A stretch of 64,000 bases of DNA from the NCBI GenBank assembly GCA_964016885.1, contig OZ024747.1, positions 82,708,001 to 82,772,000 on the forward strand. The letters are read 5' to 3'. This stretch comes from Eledone cirrhosa (lineage: Eukaryota). A program made the translations under genes and the position numbers. Positions 13,304-26,918 of the stretch are shown piece by piece. Position 1 is the first letter of the stretch, and every line of letters begins with the position of its first letter. Below the pieces are notes generated by a model. The model was not told where the DNA came from, did no database searches, and saw nothing but the letters and a program-made list of their open reading frames with translations.

Positions 13304-13368
13304 TATTTTGTCTGATGAAGGCATACCACAATTTAACTTGGTATCCTTGAAATATGTATAATGAAATA
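13304..13368 (+). ncRNA. Type I hammerhead ribozyme motif
   Basis: TATTTTGT-CTGATGA-AGGCATACCA(loop)TGGTATCCTT-GAAA-TATGTA-TA-ATGAAATA. Predicted cut after 13360. Confidence 0.8.
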
Positions 13369-13407
13369 AATATGGTTTTATAAATATAGTTTCCATTTGT
13401 TAATATC

Positions 13408-13471
<64 letters not shown>

Positions 13472-13631
13472 TCTCATGTTTTTTATATATATTTACCTCG
13501 GCTGCGTTTGTCTGTTTCTCTCTTACTGCTTCCCCGTTCTCTCTGTTTCTCTCACCTTCTTTCGCCCCCTCTGTCAGTTACACTTTCTCTCGACTGACCG
13601 CTTCCTCGCACTTCCACTCACTCACTCTCTT

Positions 13632-13970
13632 TTTCTCCCCTTCTCACTTCCTCCCGTTTGGCTTACAGTGGGTCTCTTCTTGCTTACATCTCACTCAGGT
13701 CGGACGTCTGTACCTTTCGCTCATGAAATCCACCCAGTTTATGCTGACCAGGACTACCATGTTGCTTGTTTTTTTCCTTTCTTTGGTTTGCTTTTATCCT
13801 TCTATGTTGTTCACTTGTCTCCCTCGCTTTGCGCGATTTACTGGTCCCAATAACCTTTTTTTTAGTTATTGCTCGCACCAACCTGAGGTATATGATTTTT
13901 AATGCGATGAAATACCAATGATGGTTGGAAAATCACTGACGAAGGACTATTTTTATCATATGTAACCCAT
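13632..13970 (+). mobile_element. ~340-bp dispersed repeat, second copy at 47122-47463
   Basis: Near-identical sequence at both sites, both near (TA)n. Contains CTGACGAAGG but no downstream GAAA. Confidence 0.8.
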
Positions 13971-14394
13971 ATATATGGTTGTCCACCGCCACCATTCACA
14001 GACATTCTACAATATAAACAACTGCAATAGTTTTTCTAGTTACAGAATGATACATATAGATACAAACATCTATCCATCTATGCATGCACACACACATATA
14101 TATACATAGATACATACACATATACACATATTCACACACATACATACAAACACAGATACATACATACACACATACACCTACATACATACATACACATATA
14201 TACTACTAAATGTGATTCTAGCACTAACACAGGTGTGCTTTTTTTTGTATTCTTATATATATATTTATATGTAGGAGGTGAGTTTTATTGTAGTACAATA
14301 AAGCAATGCAGATATCGGATAAGTAGCACTCTACAGTTTGTAGGACTGGAGTATAAATAATATAAGATCAAAAGATGGTTAAAAGAGTTCCATG

Positions 14395-14465
14395 TATTTT
14401 ATTATGCGCATTTCAAAAACAAATATCATCATGAGATGACATTTGCGTTTTCGTCAGATAAAATA
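14395..14465 (-). ncRNA. Type I hammerhead ribozyme motif (mirror copy)
   Basis: Reverse complement of 14589-14659. Confidence 0.85.
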
Positions 14466-14588
14466 GGGATACATGATATGAAGGTTAAAAAACACTTGTG
14501 AATAGTGGAGTTTTAAATCAACACATCATATGTTGATTTAAAACTCCACTATTCACAAGTGTTTTTTAACCTTCATATCATGTATCCC

Positions 14589-14659
14589 TATTTTATCTGA
14601 CGAAAACGCAAATGTCATCTCATGATGATATTTGTTTTTGAAATGCGCATAATAAAATA
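14589..14659 (+). ncRNA. Type I hammerhead ribozyme motif
   Basis: TATTTTAT-CTGACGA-16-bp stem II-GAAA-TGCGCA-TA-ATAAAATA. Palindromic stem III ATGCGCAT. Predicted cut after 14651. Confidence 0.85.
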
Positions 14660-14791
14660 CATGGAACTCTTTTAACCATCTTTTGATCTTATATTATTTA
14701 TATAGTAATAATAATAAATTTGAAGACTAAAATCCAAAGAGGGCTCGATAAGGATAAATATATATCAAATATATAAGAACCGTAGAGCAAG

Positions 14792-14914
14792 TATTTATTA
14801 AAATAACAGATTAAAGTTTAAGCAAAGAATCGCTGCATTCACTCTTAACGGGATCTTCTGAAGATCCCGTTAAGAGTGAAAGCAGCGAAACTTTACTCTG
14901 TTATTTTAATAAAT
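14792..14914. repeat. Imperfect hairpin centred at about 14859 on a CTGAAGA motif
   Basis: TTCACTCTTAACGGGATCTTC-T-GAAGATCCCGTTAAGAGTGAA; degenerate HHR-like right arm. Confidence 0.8.
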
Positions 14915-14917
14915 ATA

Positions 14918-14976
<59 letters not shown>

Positions 14977-15959
14977 TTGTGTGTGTCTGTATGTGTATGT
15001 GTGTGTGTGTATGTGTTCATATTTTCTTAATGCTTGTTTATTTCATATTTCTGTTCTTGTTTTTACTATATTCTTACAGTATTCTGTTTATTATACATTA
15101 TAACATTCGCTCATATAATTATACGAGCTGAAAAATTACTAAAAATATGTGACAAATCAGTAACGAAAGATATGAAAATAATAAGATAAAATAATGAACA
15201 AATAACTCCCTTTGTTCCATCTTATCCCCAAAAACAAAAATAAGGAACAACAACAAAAATACAGAGAAGCAAAATTGCAACGTATGCTCATAAAAAATCG
15301 AACAGTTTTTGGTACATTTTGACGAGAATGACCTGTTTACAAATGTGTCTGTTGTTTACGATGATCACCAATTTAAACACTATAATGATTCGCACTGTGA
15401 TTACATCCGAATATAGAAGTGGCAAATGTAAGGCATGAAAAAGAAAGACATAAAGCTGTAATAAATAAACACACATTACAGGTTTGTATGGCTGCAATCG
15501 TATCTGTAAATAAACAGGTGTATTCACGTGAGTTATGTGTGTTATATTTGTATGTTTCCGCTGTCAAACAAATCGAGAAAACGAGTGATAGGAATACACA
15601 CACATACACACGCGTGTGTGTGTGTGTAATGTTGGATATGAATCGAAGTTGTAGCAGGTAGTAATCATAAAGCAGGAGGCAATCATAAAGCACTCAATGG
15701 TTGGAGAATCTAAACATTATGGCCCGGAGTAAAACACAACATATATATATAAGGATATGTTCGTTCTACATGGCTGAATACAATAAATGTAATCGGAGTT
15801 TTTCGAATATTAATAATAACATTCGATTCGTTTGCAATTATGCAAACAAGCCTCAATTTTATAGCCATGTCAGTAGAATGAACCCTTCATTCTGGCTCTT
15901 GGGTTGGCATGTGAACAGAACTGCAGACTCTAATGTTTCTCGGTATCACCCTCATGAAG

Positions 15960-16405
15960 GGTGGTGGTGTGGGTGGTGGTTGTGTTTGTTGATGGTGTTG
16001 GTGGTGGTAGTGGTGGTGTTGGTGGTGGTGTTAGTAGTGATGATGATGGTTGTGGTGTTAGTAGTAGTGGTGGGGGGGGGGGGGGCTGGTGCTGGTGGTG
16101 TTAGTAGTAGTTGTGGTGGTGGTTTAGTAGTAGTGGTGGTGGTGTTGGTGGTGTTAGTAGTAGTGGTGGTAGTGGTGTTCGTAGTAGTGGTGGTGTTGGT
16201 GGTGTTAGTAGCAGTAGTGGTGGTGGTGTTAGTAGTAGTAGTGGTGGTGGTGGTGGTGGTGGTGGTAGTGGTGGTAGTGGTAGTAGTAATGAGAGTTCGT
16301 TGTTCAAATACTCGCTTCGTCTTGTTCGTTAGTCGTATTAATGAAGCTTTAGCACAAGGAAAAGAAATAATGCACAACAACAACAACAGCAACAACAACA
16401 ACAGC

Positions 16406-16453
<48 letters not shown>
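15960..16453. repeat. (GGT/TAG)n and (CAA)n trinucleotide tracts
   Basis: Directly visible; explains poly-V/T/N ORFs. Confidence 0.95.
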
Positions 16454-16454
<1 letters not shown>

Positions 16455-16639
16455 GAAACATACTAAACAAAGAAGAAAGACAAAAACAGACAGAAATATT
16501 TAAAAAAACAATAGAAAAGGAAAGATAAACAATAGAACCTCACTTCTAATCAAAAGACTTAATACAGCAAATAGTTTACTGATAGATCGAACAGTTGTAC
16601 AAAGTACACAGACACACACACATATATATATATATACAG

Positions 16640-16674
<35 letters not shown>

Positions 16675-16677
16675 CAG

Positions 16678-16730
<53 letters not shown>

Positions 16731-16828
16731 CACATATATATATATATATACAGACACAGACATACATATATATATATTTATATATATATATACATATATA
16801 TATATACATATATACATACAGACACACA

Positions 16829-16906
<78 letters not shown>

Positions 16907-17856
16907 CACATATATATATATATACAGACACAGACATACATATATATATATTTATATATATATATACATATATATATAAATATATATATATACATACATA
17001 CATACACATATATATACATACATACACAGACACATACATATATACATACATACAGACACATACATATACATATATATATACATACAGTCACAGACATATA
17101 CATACAGACACATACACAAATAGACACACACGCACACACACATACATACACAAATAGGCACACATACATACATATATACACAGATACATACATAAATACA
17201 CGCATACATACACACATACATACACAAATAGACACACATACATACACAAATAGGCACACACTCGCACCCACACAACATACACAAATAGATACACACACAC
17301 ACATAGACACAGTGACACACATATACATGAGTAAAAAGACAGAGACATATTATGTAGTGTCGGCGGGTCTGAGAGATTTCATTTCATTTTATTTCATTAT
17401 TTATTCATTTTGTCTTTTATTTGTTTGTTTTTTATATATTTGTTTGTTTTGTTGTTGTTGTTGTTTTGTTTTGTTTTGTTTTTGAGTTTTGTTGTTTTGT
17501 TTTTGTTTTGGAATTGTTCCAATAATGAAGATTTCCAAAGCAGCATTATGGAGAGAATATTGGACAAATGCCAATACTAAATATTTCCACACCATAATGT
17601 AGAGATTCTTGAGCATGTGGAATTGATTCCTCTTAGTATTAATAAAACTAGTAAGTTAAAGATTTTCTTTTGAATCCTCCACTGACACTCACGTTCAATT
17701 GATTTCTCATCGTGAAACATCTACCGCCAACCATTATTAGGTCCTTGATTCAAATAGCCATATTTATAGACCTAATCATATCAGCAGAGAATTTCATAGT
17801 TTGAAGAGAAGAAACGGGACGAAATTTGTTGATAAGATTATTATTTTATAATTAAA

Positions 17857-18042
17857 GCGGTGGATTTGGCAGTATCGGCAGAGGGTCGGACACCATGCTT
17901 TCCAGCATAGTTACGTCCCTTTACGTTCTGAGTTCAAATCCCGTCGAGGTTAACTTTGCCTTTCATCCTTACGAGGTCGATAAAATAAAGTACCAGTAAT
18001 GCACTGGGTAGTTGCTGGCCTTGTGTCAAAAGTAGAAACAAT
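17857..18042 (+). mobile_element. SINE family A, full length
   Basis: A box TGGCAGTATCGG at 17867-17878, B box GAGTTCAAATCC at 17930-17941, family core. Confidence 0.92.
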
Positions 18043-18343
18043 TATTTTATAATTAAAACCATATTAATTGTGCGTGTGTATAACGTGTGCAAGTGTTTAT
18101 ATATTTGTACGCTGTGTGTCTGGAACCCCAGACATTCCTTTGCTAAACTCTTGGTTTCTGCGGAAATCTCTTTGGGAACCACTGCTCTATTGCAAGCATT
18201 CGGTCCATTACTCTGAAGAAAAAGTCCTAAAGTGTAGCTTCCTAACGGAATGACCCACGAATCGTAGTTTTTTCCTCCCAAACATTAATTGTTTCCGAGT
18301 TTCCCAAAAAAGTAATCTTTGCTACCTTTCCTCCTCCGACTAA

Positions 18344-18379
<36 letters not shown>

Positions 18380-18495
18380 ATGTGTGTATGTGCGGGTGTT
18401 CGAAGCTGATGGAGGATTGTGCTACAATGTTCGCACAAATAATCTCTGCTATATGTATTGAGCATTTTTTTTCCTGTCTATACACTCAAACATCG

Positions 18496-18626
<131 letters not shown>

Positions 18627-18686
18627 TTTACTCTTTTACCTGTTCCAGCCATCCGGCTGAGGTCATGCAGGGGCACCGCCCTTGAC

Positions 18687-18717
<31 letters not shown>

Positions 18718-18793
18718 TATAGATAGATAGATAAGAAGAAAAACGGTATGTTTCGTTCACATGTTTTTTTTTTGCGTATAAACCTGTTACGTG

Positions 18794-18847
<54 letters not shown>

Positions 18848-19288
18848 GCAAGTAGTATTATGAATAACATAATAGAAAGAACCAAGTGACGATGCTAAGC
18901 TACGTAAATATTTATTATCTTATTATAATATTATAGTTAAGGTTGACAATTGCCTTAAGATAATTTGGTGGAAAGCAATGATCAGGTAGTAAGTCCGTCA
19001 AGTGTAAGGATTCTTCAGTTTGTGAGATTAGTTTCTCTTAGCATTAATAAAACTATTATGATAATGTGTTCTTTTTTTTTTTCCTTTTAAAATACTCAAC
19101 TGACAAACATATTCGATTGGTTTCTCCCTGGGGAACTGTCGCCATTCAAATATCCCCTAAAGAACAATCATTATAAGTCATCGATACAGTCATATTTATA
19201 TACATAGACAGCAATCTATCAACTAATATGTCGATTGATGTTCTAGTTGATAGACTTGAAACAATTGCGCGTACATACACATATACAC

Positions 19289-19320
<32 letters not shown>

Positions 19321-19355
19321 ACACACACATACATACACACAGACAATTATATATA

Positions 19356-19449
19356 CAGGTGTCCCAAAAAATGTATACACACTTCAACAACATTCTAATA
19401 GATATTGCCTGTACAGGTAATCAAAGTGTGTATGTATTTTGGGGAGATA

Positions 19450-19452
<3 letters not shown>
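19356..19452. mobile_element. Tc1/mariner-type MITE
   Basis: TA-flanked TIRs CAGGTGTCCCAAAAAATGTATACAC; related copy at 42012. Confidence 0.7.
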
Positions 19453-19493
<41 letters not shown>

Positions 19494-19736
19494 GTAAGTA
19501 TGCATGTATACGTACATACATATATGTATACAGACGTACAGTAGCATGCACATATATATATATATATATATACATATATATATACATATGCATACAGGTA
19601 CACATACATATATGCACGTATCAGTTTAGCGGCGCTAACGTCGCTTTGTTCGTTTGTAAACAAACTGAACAGCCTGAATTTATGCCATACGGTGTTAAGG
19701 CAACCACGTCACCTTTTTGTTCAACACTGACACAGG

Positions 19737-19785
19737 AACGATGTACTAGTTTCAAGCTTGTTAGCTAGCTATCATCAGCACCGTT
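19737..19785 (-). ncRNA. Minimal type I hammerhead ribozyme (4-nt insertion in stem II)
   Basis: Reverse complement of the 20668 motif with a TAGC duplication. Confidence 0.75.
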
Positions 19786-20667
19786 TACCCATCTGCCAGA
19801 TAGTTGAACGTTCGAAAGTATATACTTTCTTTATGAAAATGAACGGCTGAGCAGCCTAATTTGCATATTGAGTGAGTTAAATCGGTCAGGCATACCGAAA
19901 ACGATAAATTGAAACAAAATGAAAACGAAATTTCATTTCTCACTCTTAGTATGGCACTTACTTAAATGTAAGTATGCATGTATACGTACATACATATATG
20001 TATACAGACGTACAGTAGCATGCACATATATATATATATATATACATATATATATACATATGCATACAGGTACACATACATATATGCACGTATCAGTTTA
20101 GCGGCGCTAACGTCGCTTTGTTCGTTTGTAAACAAACTGAACAGCCTGAATTTATGCCATACGGTGTTAAGGCAACCACGTCACCTTTTTGTTCAACACT
20201 GACACAGGAACGATGTACTAGTTACAAGCTTGAAACTAGTACATCGTTCCTGTGTCAGTGTTGAACAAAAAGGTGACGTGGTTGCCTTAACACCGTATGG
20301 CATAAATTCAGGCTGTTCAGTTTGTTTACAAACGAACAAAGCGACGTTAGCGCCGCTAAACTGATACGTGCATATATGTATGTGTACCTGTATGCATATG
20401 TATATATATATGTATATATATATATATGTGCATGCTACTGTACGTCTGTATACATATATGTATGTACGTATACATGCATACTTACATTTAAGTAAGTGCC
20501 ATACTAAGAGTGAGAAATGAAATTTCGTTTTCATTTTGTTTCAATTTATCGTTTTCGGTATGCCTGACCGATTTAACTCACTCAATATGCAAATTAGGCT
20601 GCTCAGCCGTTAATTTTCATAAGGAAAGTATATACTTTCGAACGTTCAACTATCTGGCAGATGGGTA

Positions 20668-20712
20668 AACGGTGCTGATGATAGCTAACAAGCTTGAAAC
20701 TAGTACATCGTT
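20668..20712 (+). ncRNA. Minimal type I hammerhead ribozyme
   Basis: AACGGTG-CTGATGA-TAGCTaacaAGCTT-GAAA-CTAG-TA-CATCGTT. Palindromic stem III ACTAGT. Predicted GUA cut after 20705. Confidence 0.85.
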
Positions 20713-21135
20713 CCTGTGTCAGTGTTGAACAAAAAGGTGACGTGGTTGCCTTAACACCGTATGGCATAAATTCAGGCTGTTCAGTTTGTTTACAAACGAA
20801 CAAAGCGACGTTAGCGCCGCTAAACTGATACGTGCATATATGTATGTGTACCTGTATGCATATGTATATATATATGTATATATATATATATATATGTGCA
20901 TGCTACTGTACGTCTGTATACATATATGTATGTACGTATACATGCATACTTACATTTAAGTAAGTGCCATACTAAGAGTGAGAAATGAAATTTCGTTTTC
21001 ATTTTGTTTCAATTTATCGTTTTCGGTATGCCTGACCGATTTAACTCACTCAATATGCAAATTAGGCTGCTCAGCCGTTAATTTTCATAAGGAAAGTATA
21101 TACTTTCGAACGTTCAACTATCTGGCAGATGGGTA

Positions 21136-21180
21136 AACGGTGCTGATGATAGCTAACAAGCTTGAAACTAGTACATCGTT
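21136..21180 (+). ncRNA. Minimal type I hammerhead ribozyme
   Basis: Identical to 20668-20712. Confidence 0.85.
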
Positions 21181-21599
21181 CCTGTGTCAGTGTTGAACAA
21201 AAAGGTGACGTGGTTGCCTTAACACCGTATGGCATAAATTCAGGCTGTTCAGTTTGTTTACAAACGAACAAAGCGACGTTAGCGCCGCTAAACTGATACG
21301 TGCATATATGTATGTGTACCTGTATGCATATGTATATATATATGTATATATATATATATGTGCATGCTACTGTACGTCTGTATACATATATGTATGTACG
21401 TATACATGCATACTTACATTTAAGTAAGTGCCATACTAAGAGTGAGAAATGAAATTTCGTTTTCATTTTGTTTCAATTTATCGTTTTCGGTATGCCTGAC
21501 CGATTTAACTCACTCAATATGCAAATTAGGCTGCTCAGCCGTTAATTTTCATAAGGAAAGTATATACTTTCGAACGTTCAACTATCTGGCAGATGGGTA

Positions 21600-21644
21600 A
21601 ACGGTGCTGATGATAGCTAACAAGCTTGAAACTAGTACATCGTT
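21600..21644 (+). ncRNA. Minimal type I hammerhead ribozyme
   Basis: Identical to 20668-20712. Confidence 0.85.
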
Positions 21645-21808
21645 CCTGTGTCAGTGTTGAACAAAAAGGTGACGTGGTTGCCTTAACACCGTATGGCATA
21701 AATTCAGGCTGTTCAGTTTGTTTACAAACGAACAAAGCGACGTTAGCGCCGCTAAACTGATACGTGCATATATGTATGTGTACCTGTATGCATATGTATA
21801 TATATATG

Positions 21809-21840
<32 letters not shown>

Positions 21841-21959
21841 TATGTGCATGCTACTGTACGTCTGTATACATATATGTATGTACGTATACATGCATACTTA
21901 CATTTAAGTAAGTGCCATACTAAGGGTGAGAAATGAAATTTCGTTTTCATTTTGTTTCA

Positions 21960-22043
<84 letters not shown>

Positions 22044-22143
22044 ACTATCTTATATGCTATGTATTGAGTACCTTACTTACTGTGGTTACCCCCGATTGAA
22101 CCGGGATACACACACGCACACGCACACACACACACACACACGC

Positions 22144-22176
<33 letters not shown>

Positions 22177-22221
22177 TTTATATATATATATATATACAGA
22201 GAGAGAGAGAGAGAGAGAGAG

Positions 22222-22662
22222 TCGATCGACTTTCGCCAAATCGGACCGAGGAAACAATGTTTCCATTGGTCTTTCTAATTGCTAATACTATCTATCTCCA
22301 GGTAGACGGAGCAACGTGAAATAAAGTGTCTTGCTCAAGGACATTACGCATCCGTCGTTTCCGACGACTTGTGTGGCAGTTGATTTAATCAATGAAACTG
22401 CCTGCTAATAAAATTAACGTGTAAGTTGCTGAGCATTTCACAGACACGTGCACTCTTAATCGAGTTCTCCGGGAGATTCGGCGTATGGAAATGTGTGAGA
22501 ATGTCGGTCCCTTGTATTACAAATTATTTGTGCTAGCTGAATAGACAGGTGCAATGTCAATCAAATAAAGTGTCTTCCTCAAGGACACAACGCGCTGCCC
22601 TGTGCGATAATCGAGACGCATAATCTTACGATCGTGAACCAAGCGCCCTAACCACCAGGTCA
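22222..22662 (-). mobile_element. tRNA-derived SINE family B pieces (two adjacent)
   Basis: AAATAAAGTGTCTTGCTCAAGGACA core shared with 30104, 42099, 55210. Confidence 0.75.
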
Positions 22663-22675
22663 CAGACTTTCACAC

Positions 22676-22780
<105 letters not shown>

Positions 22781-22959
22781 TGTGTGTGTGTGTGTGTGTG
22801 TGCGTGTGTGTGTGTGTTGTTTTGCTAAACAACATAAAAATATATTGTCGAATAAATATTCTCTAATATAGTAAGAAGTATAAGAAATTCTCATTTGACA
22901 TGGTCCACCTTTACTTAGTAAAACTAAGAATATATATATCTGTGTGTGCGTGCATGTGT

Positions 22960-23063
<104 letters not shown>

Positions 23064-23156
23064 GGTAAACAGAAATAACAACTTAATCGGTACAGTATAT
23101 GGAAGGAATATATTAGATTAACGCTTGAAATAGCAAGAAATATATATATATATATA

Positions 23157-23279
23157 TCGCCGAAATGCGATTCTCGCTAAATTATATATATATATATATA
23201 TATATCGCCGAAATGCGATTCTCGCTAAATTATATATATATATATATATATATCGCCGAAATGCGATTCTCGCTAAATT

Positions 23280-23280
<1 letters not shown>
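23157..23280. repeat. Three copies of TCGCCGAAATGCGATTCTCGCTAAAT separated by (TA)n, period 48
   Basis: Copies at 23157, 23205, 23253; related sequence at about 37560-37582. Confidence 0.9.
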
Positions 23281-23354
<74 letters not shown>

Positions 23355-23687
23355 AAAGAAATGACAACGCAAACACACGGTTGCAATAACACAAAGTCTT
23401 ATTAGTATGACGCCTATGATATTTCAATCTCTTCATCAAATATTATCCTATTCTAGTCAGACATTGTCAAGTTTTTACTTTTTACTCAATAGAAAGATTG
23501 ACAGCGAGAGTTACATTTATTCTAAGTGGCGAATTAACCTCTGATAAATGAAAAATGTGTAAAATATTTTCTAAATAACAATTCCGCCATTTTTTTTTTT
23601 TTTTTTTAATTATTTGAACAGTTTGTTTTCGTTTTTGTTTTTCGAATTCCTAAGTGCGGAAATGGCTGTATTTGCCGAATATCTTCC

Positions 23688-23814
<127 letters not shown>

Positions 23815-24025
23815 TTGTTTATATATATATATATATATATAAACAATTTTTCACTATATATATATATATGTATGTAGGTTTATCTAAAATAAGAATGTAC
23901 GTGAGTATGTTATAGTAAATATTAGTAGAGTATATATATATATATGCATTCGCCTGTAAAATGTATGAATTCGTGTTTGGGAAAAAATTTCAATCTCAAT
24001 CTCAGTAAATAAATAAATAGATAGA

Positions 24026-24084
<59 letters not shown>

Positions 24085-24245
24085 AAATTTGCTAAAGAAT
24101 TCCATGAAAATGGAATGAAAATTAACATTTTTCAGAATAGTTCCCAAGATATGTTCTCGATTTAACAATAACTGACTTAAAATCAATAAAGAACTGATCG
24201 AAAAAAAATGGAAAGGAAAGGAATAGAATAAGATATAAATAATAT

Positions 24246-24277
<32 letters not shown>

Positions 24278-24449
24278 AAATAATGTCCTTTTTTATGCTT
24301 TATTCTGCAGCTAGAATTTCATTGTATGGCTTTATAATTGGCATTCCATCTTGCCTGAAGCTACATGTAACAGATATAACCCATAGATTACACATTCATC
24401 TATACTGTTATACCGTATGCAATTTATGTCTAAGTATACCCTTATTTTG

Positions 24450-24505
<56 letters not shown>

Positions 24506-24608
24506 CGTGAATATAGCTTGACTATATTTTTTCTAAAGTCAACTCTTTGACTTGTTTTGAATTTAAATGTCAGCGAACAACAAAGAAATTAGTTATTTAT
24601 CCACATTT

Positions 24609-24674
<66 letters not shown>

Positions 24675-24967
24675 GGGGGGGGGGGGGGCTATATTTGAAT
24701 GTGTACATATACATAAGGGCGAGTAGAAGAAAAAGATACTTCACGCTGAAAATAATGTAATATATATCTTTTTTTCGAAGCTGAAATCGTTACTCCGAGA
24801 TTTTTTCGGGGTTTGGGACTTCGATATTCAGACGGGGACAATAAGTAAAAATTCCGAAAAAATATTTTAAATATATATTACAGAGATATTTGATTAACAA
24901 ATGGAATTTTAATTTCATAAAATATTTCGCAAAATAATTAAGCAAATTTGAATGGAAAGAAATGGAT

Positions 24968-25038
24968 GATGTGTTGGTGTAATGATAGCACAGTTGTCTG
25001 GATGACCAAAGATGTGGGTTCGACTCCCATGTACGCCA
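24968..25038 (+). pseudogene. tRNA-like pseudogene or tRNA-derived segment
   Basis: 71 nt. A-box-like TGGTGTAATGA, T arm TGGG-TTCGACT-CCCA, degenerate acceptor and anticodon stems. Confidence 0.55.
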
Positions 25039-25571
25039 ATACTCATATTTTTCTATTTCTTAGAGGGTTCTAAACCCCACTATCAGGCTAAAATTCATTT
25101 AGTCAAAAAATACGGCGAAAGCTTCAATTTCTAATTTCAAACTCGCTCGCTGTTTCAAAACATACTTACTAATTAAACAAAACAATTATATTGTGTGACC
25201 AGTATATGGCCATATATGTTCGTTGCACGCGAAAGACAAATAGAAATATAAAGAGCTGTACATAGGAAAATACATTGATTAGAGAAAGGAAGGGAAATAT
25301 TTATGTAAAACAGAAAAGAATTGGTAAAAATATGTATAAAATATGGAAGACATGTAAATATAACTTTATCTACGGAAATATAAATCCAAAAGTTGCGGCG
25401 TGAATTTCTCAGGCTGTTCGAGGTGTTTAATATGTAGAAATACACAATTTAAAACTATCAGTGTAGTGAAAACAGGCTAGCATCAAGAATGGTGGTGTAA
25501 TATCTAATTTGTCCGATAAGAAAGTCAACGTTAGGCGGCTATTTAGTGATACAGGAGTCTAATAATGTACA

Positions 25572-25734
25572 GAGTGCCGGATTTAGGACAAATGAGGCCC
25601 TATGCTAGTTAAGTTATGACGCCCCTTACTTGAGTCCTGAATGAGGTAAAAACAATCTTTTGGTAGGAAGATGCCCCCTCCCCCTGGCCAATGGGGCCTG
25701 TGCACATCTAAGCACAATGGTAAATCCGGCACTG
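25572..25734. mobile_element. hAT-type MITE (163 bp)
   Basis: TIRs AGTGCCGGATTTA / TAAATCCGGCACT; 8-bp TSD AATGTACA / AATGTAAA. Confidence 0.8.
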
Positions 25735-26429
25735 AATGTAAACCTTCCATTTAGTCCCTTCACGAATTAAACAAGCATGGTAAAAATGAATTTCTATTTC
25801 ATATTTCGTTAATCTAATATAAAATTGGAACGAAGTATCATTCATTGGCCATTTTTGGCACATGCCATAAACCATCTTTTTTATCATAAGAGTTAATAGA
25901 GCAAGCGAAAATATTACTGCAATAATAATTGAATTTAACTAAGCGTTGGCTGAAGATGTTATGATACCTATAATTTGTAGGAATAGGCAAAGGAGTTGAA
26001 CTGTTTTCAGACCGAAGTTTATCTTAAAAACGGCTATTGCACAGAGCTTCATTATATTTCTGACAAGCGCTCATAAAGGTAGCACCATTCTGTAACAATA
26101 TAGATGTATGCTCCGTAATATGAGAATAAAATTTAAAATTAAATTAGAAATCAGGATTAGAAATCAGGATTAGAATATTTATTGATACGAAATAGTTTTT
26201 CACATTCACTTTTGTTACATTTTTGATGTCAAAATTTATGTTCAAATAATGTCTTTTTCTTTTAAATCCGCGGAAATCATTTTAATTTATATTTGTAACG
26301 CTATTTACTCTGTTTTTTTTTTTGTTATTTTTATTGTTAATCTTTATAGTATTATATGTATTCCAGATGTTTCGTCCCTATAGTTACTCTCTTAAACACA
26401 CACATTCTATATATATATATATATATAAG

Positions 26430-26676
<247 letters not shown>

Positions 26677-26758
26677 TATATACGTAAACAAGGCCGTTAT
26701 TGATCCACCCAATCTATTCACCTACGATAACTGCCCTAAATATATATATATTTACACT

Positions 26759-26816
<58 letters not shown>

Positions 26817-26918
26817 CGGTGGAACACTGGAAGGTAATATCCGTAGTAATAGAGCACTGAGTCCAAGTTTCACCTTCGCGGATCTTCAGCTCGGGATGTG
26901 TATGGATATAAGCATATA

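Larger units (their letters stand above)
13043..13411. repeat. Perfect fold-back palindrome, 182-bp arms, 5-nt loop centred at 13227
   Basis: Positions pair with sum 26454; right end abuts (TA)n. Confidence 0.95.
14352..14702. repeat. Perfect fold-back palindrome, 172-bp arms, 7-nt loop centred at 14527
   Basis: Positions pair with sum 29054. Confidence 0.95.
19490..21962. mobile_element. Retrozyme-like tandem array: ~466-bp units, one HHR per unit, inverted at 20228/20229
   Basis: About 1.6 units on minus plus about 3.7 units on plus, nearly identical. HHR cores spaced 468 and 464 bp. Both ends join (TA)n. Confidence 0.85.

Noticed and set aside
19919-21950. Repeated MKTKFHFSLLVWHLLKCK ORFs as a secreted peptide family
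   Set aside because: They are antisense to the ribozyme strand, change frame with (TA)n length between units and have no recognisable domain.
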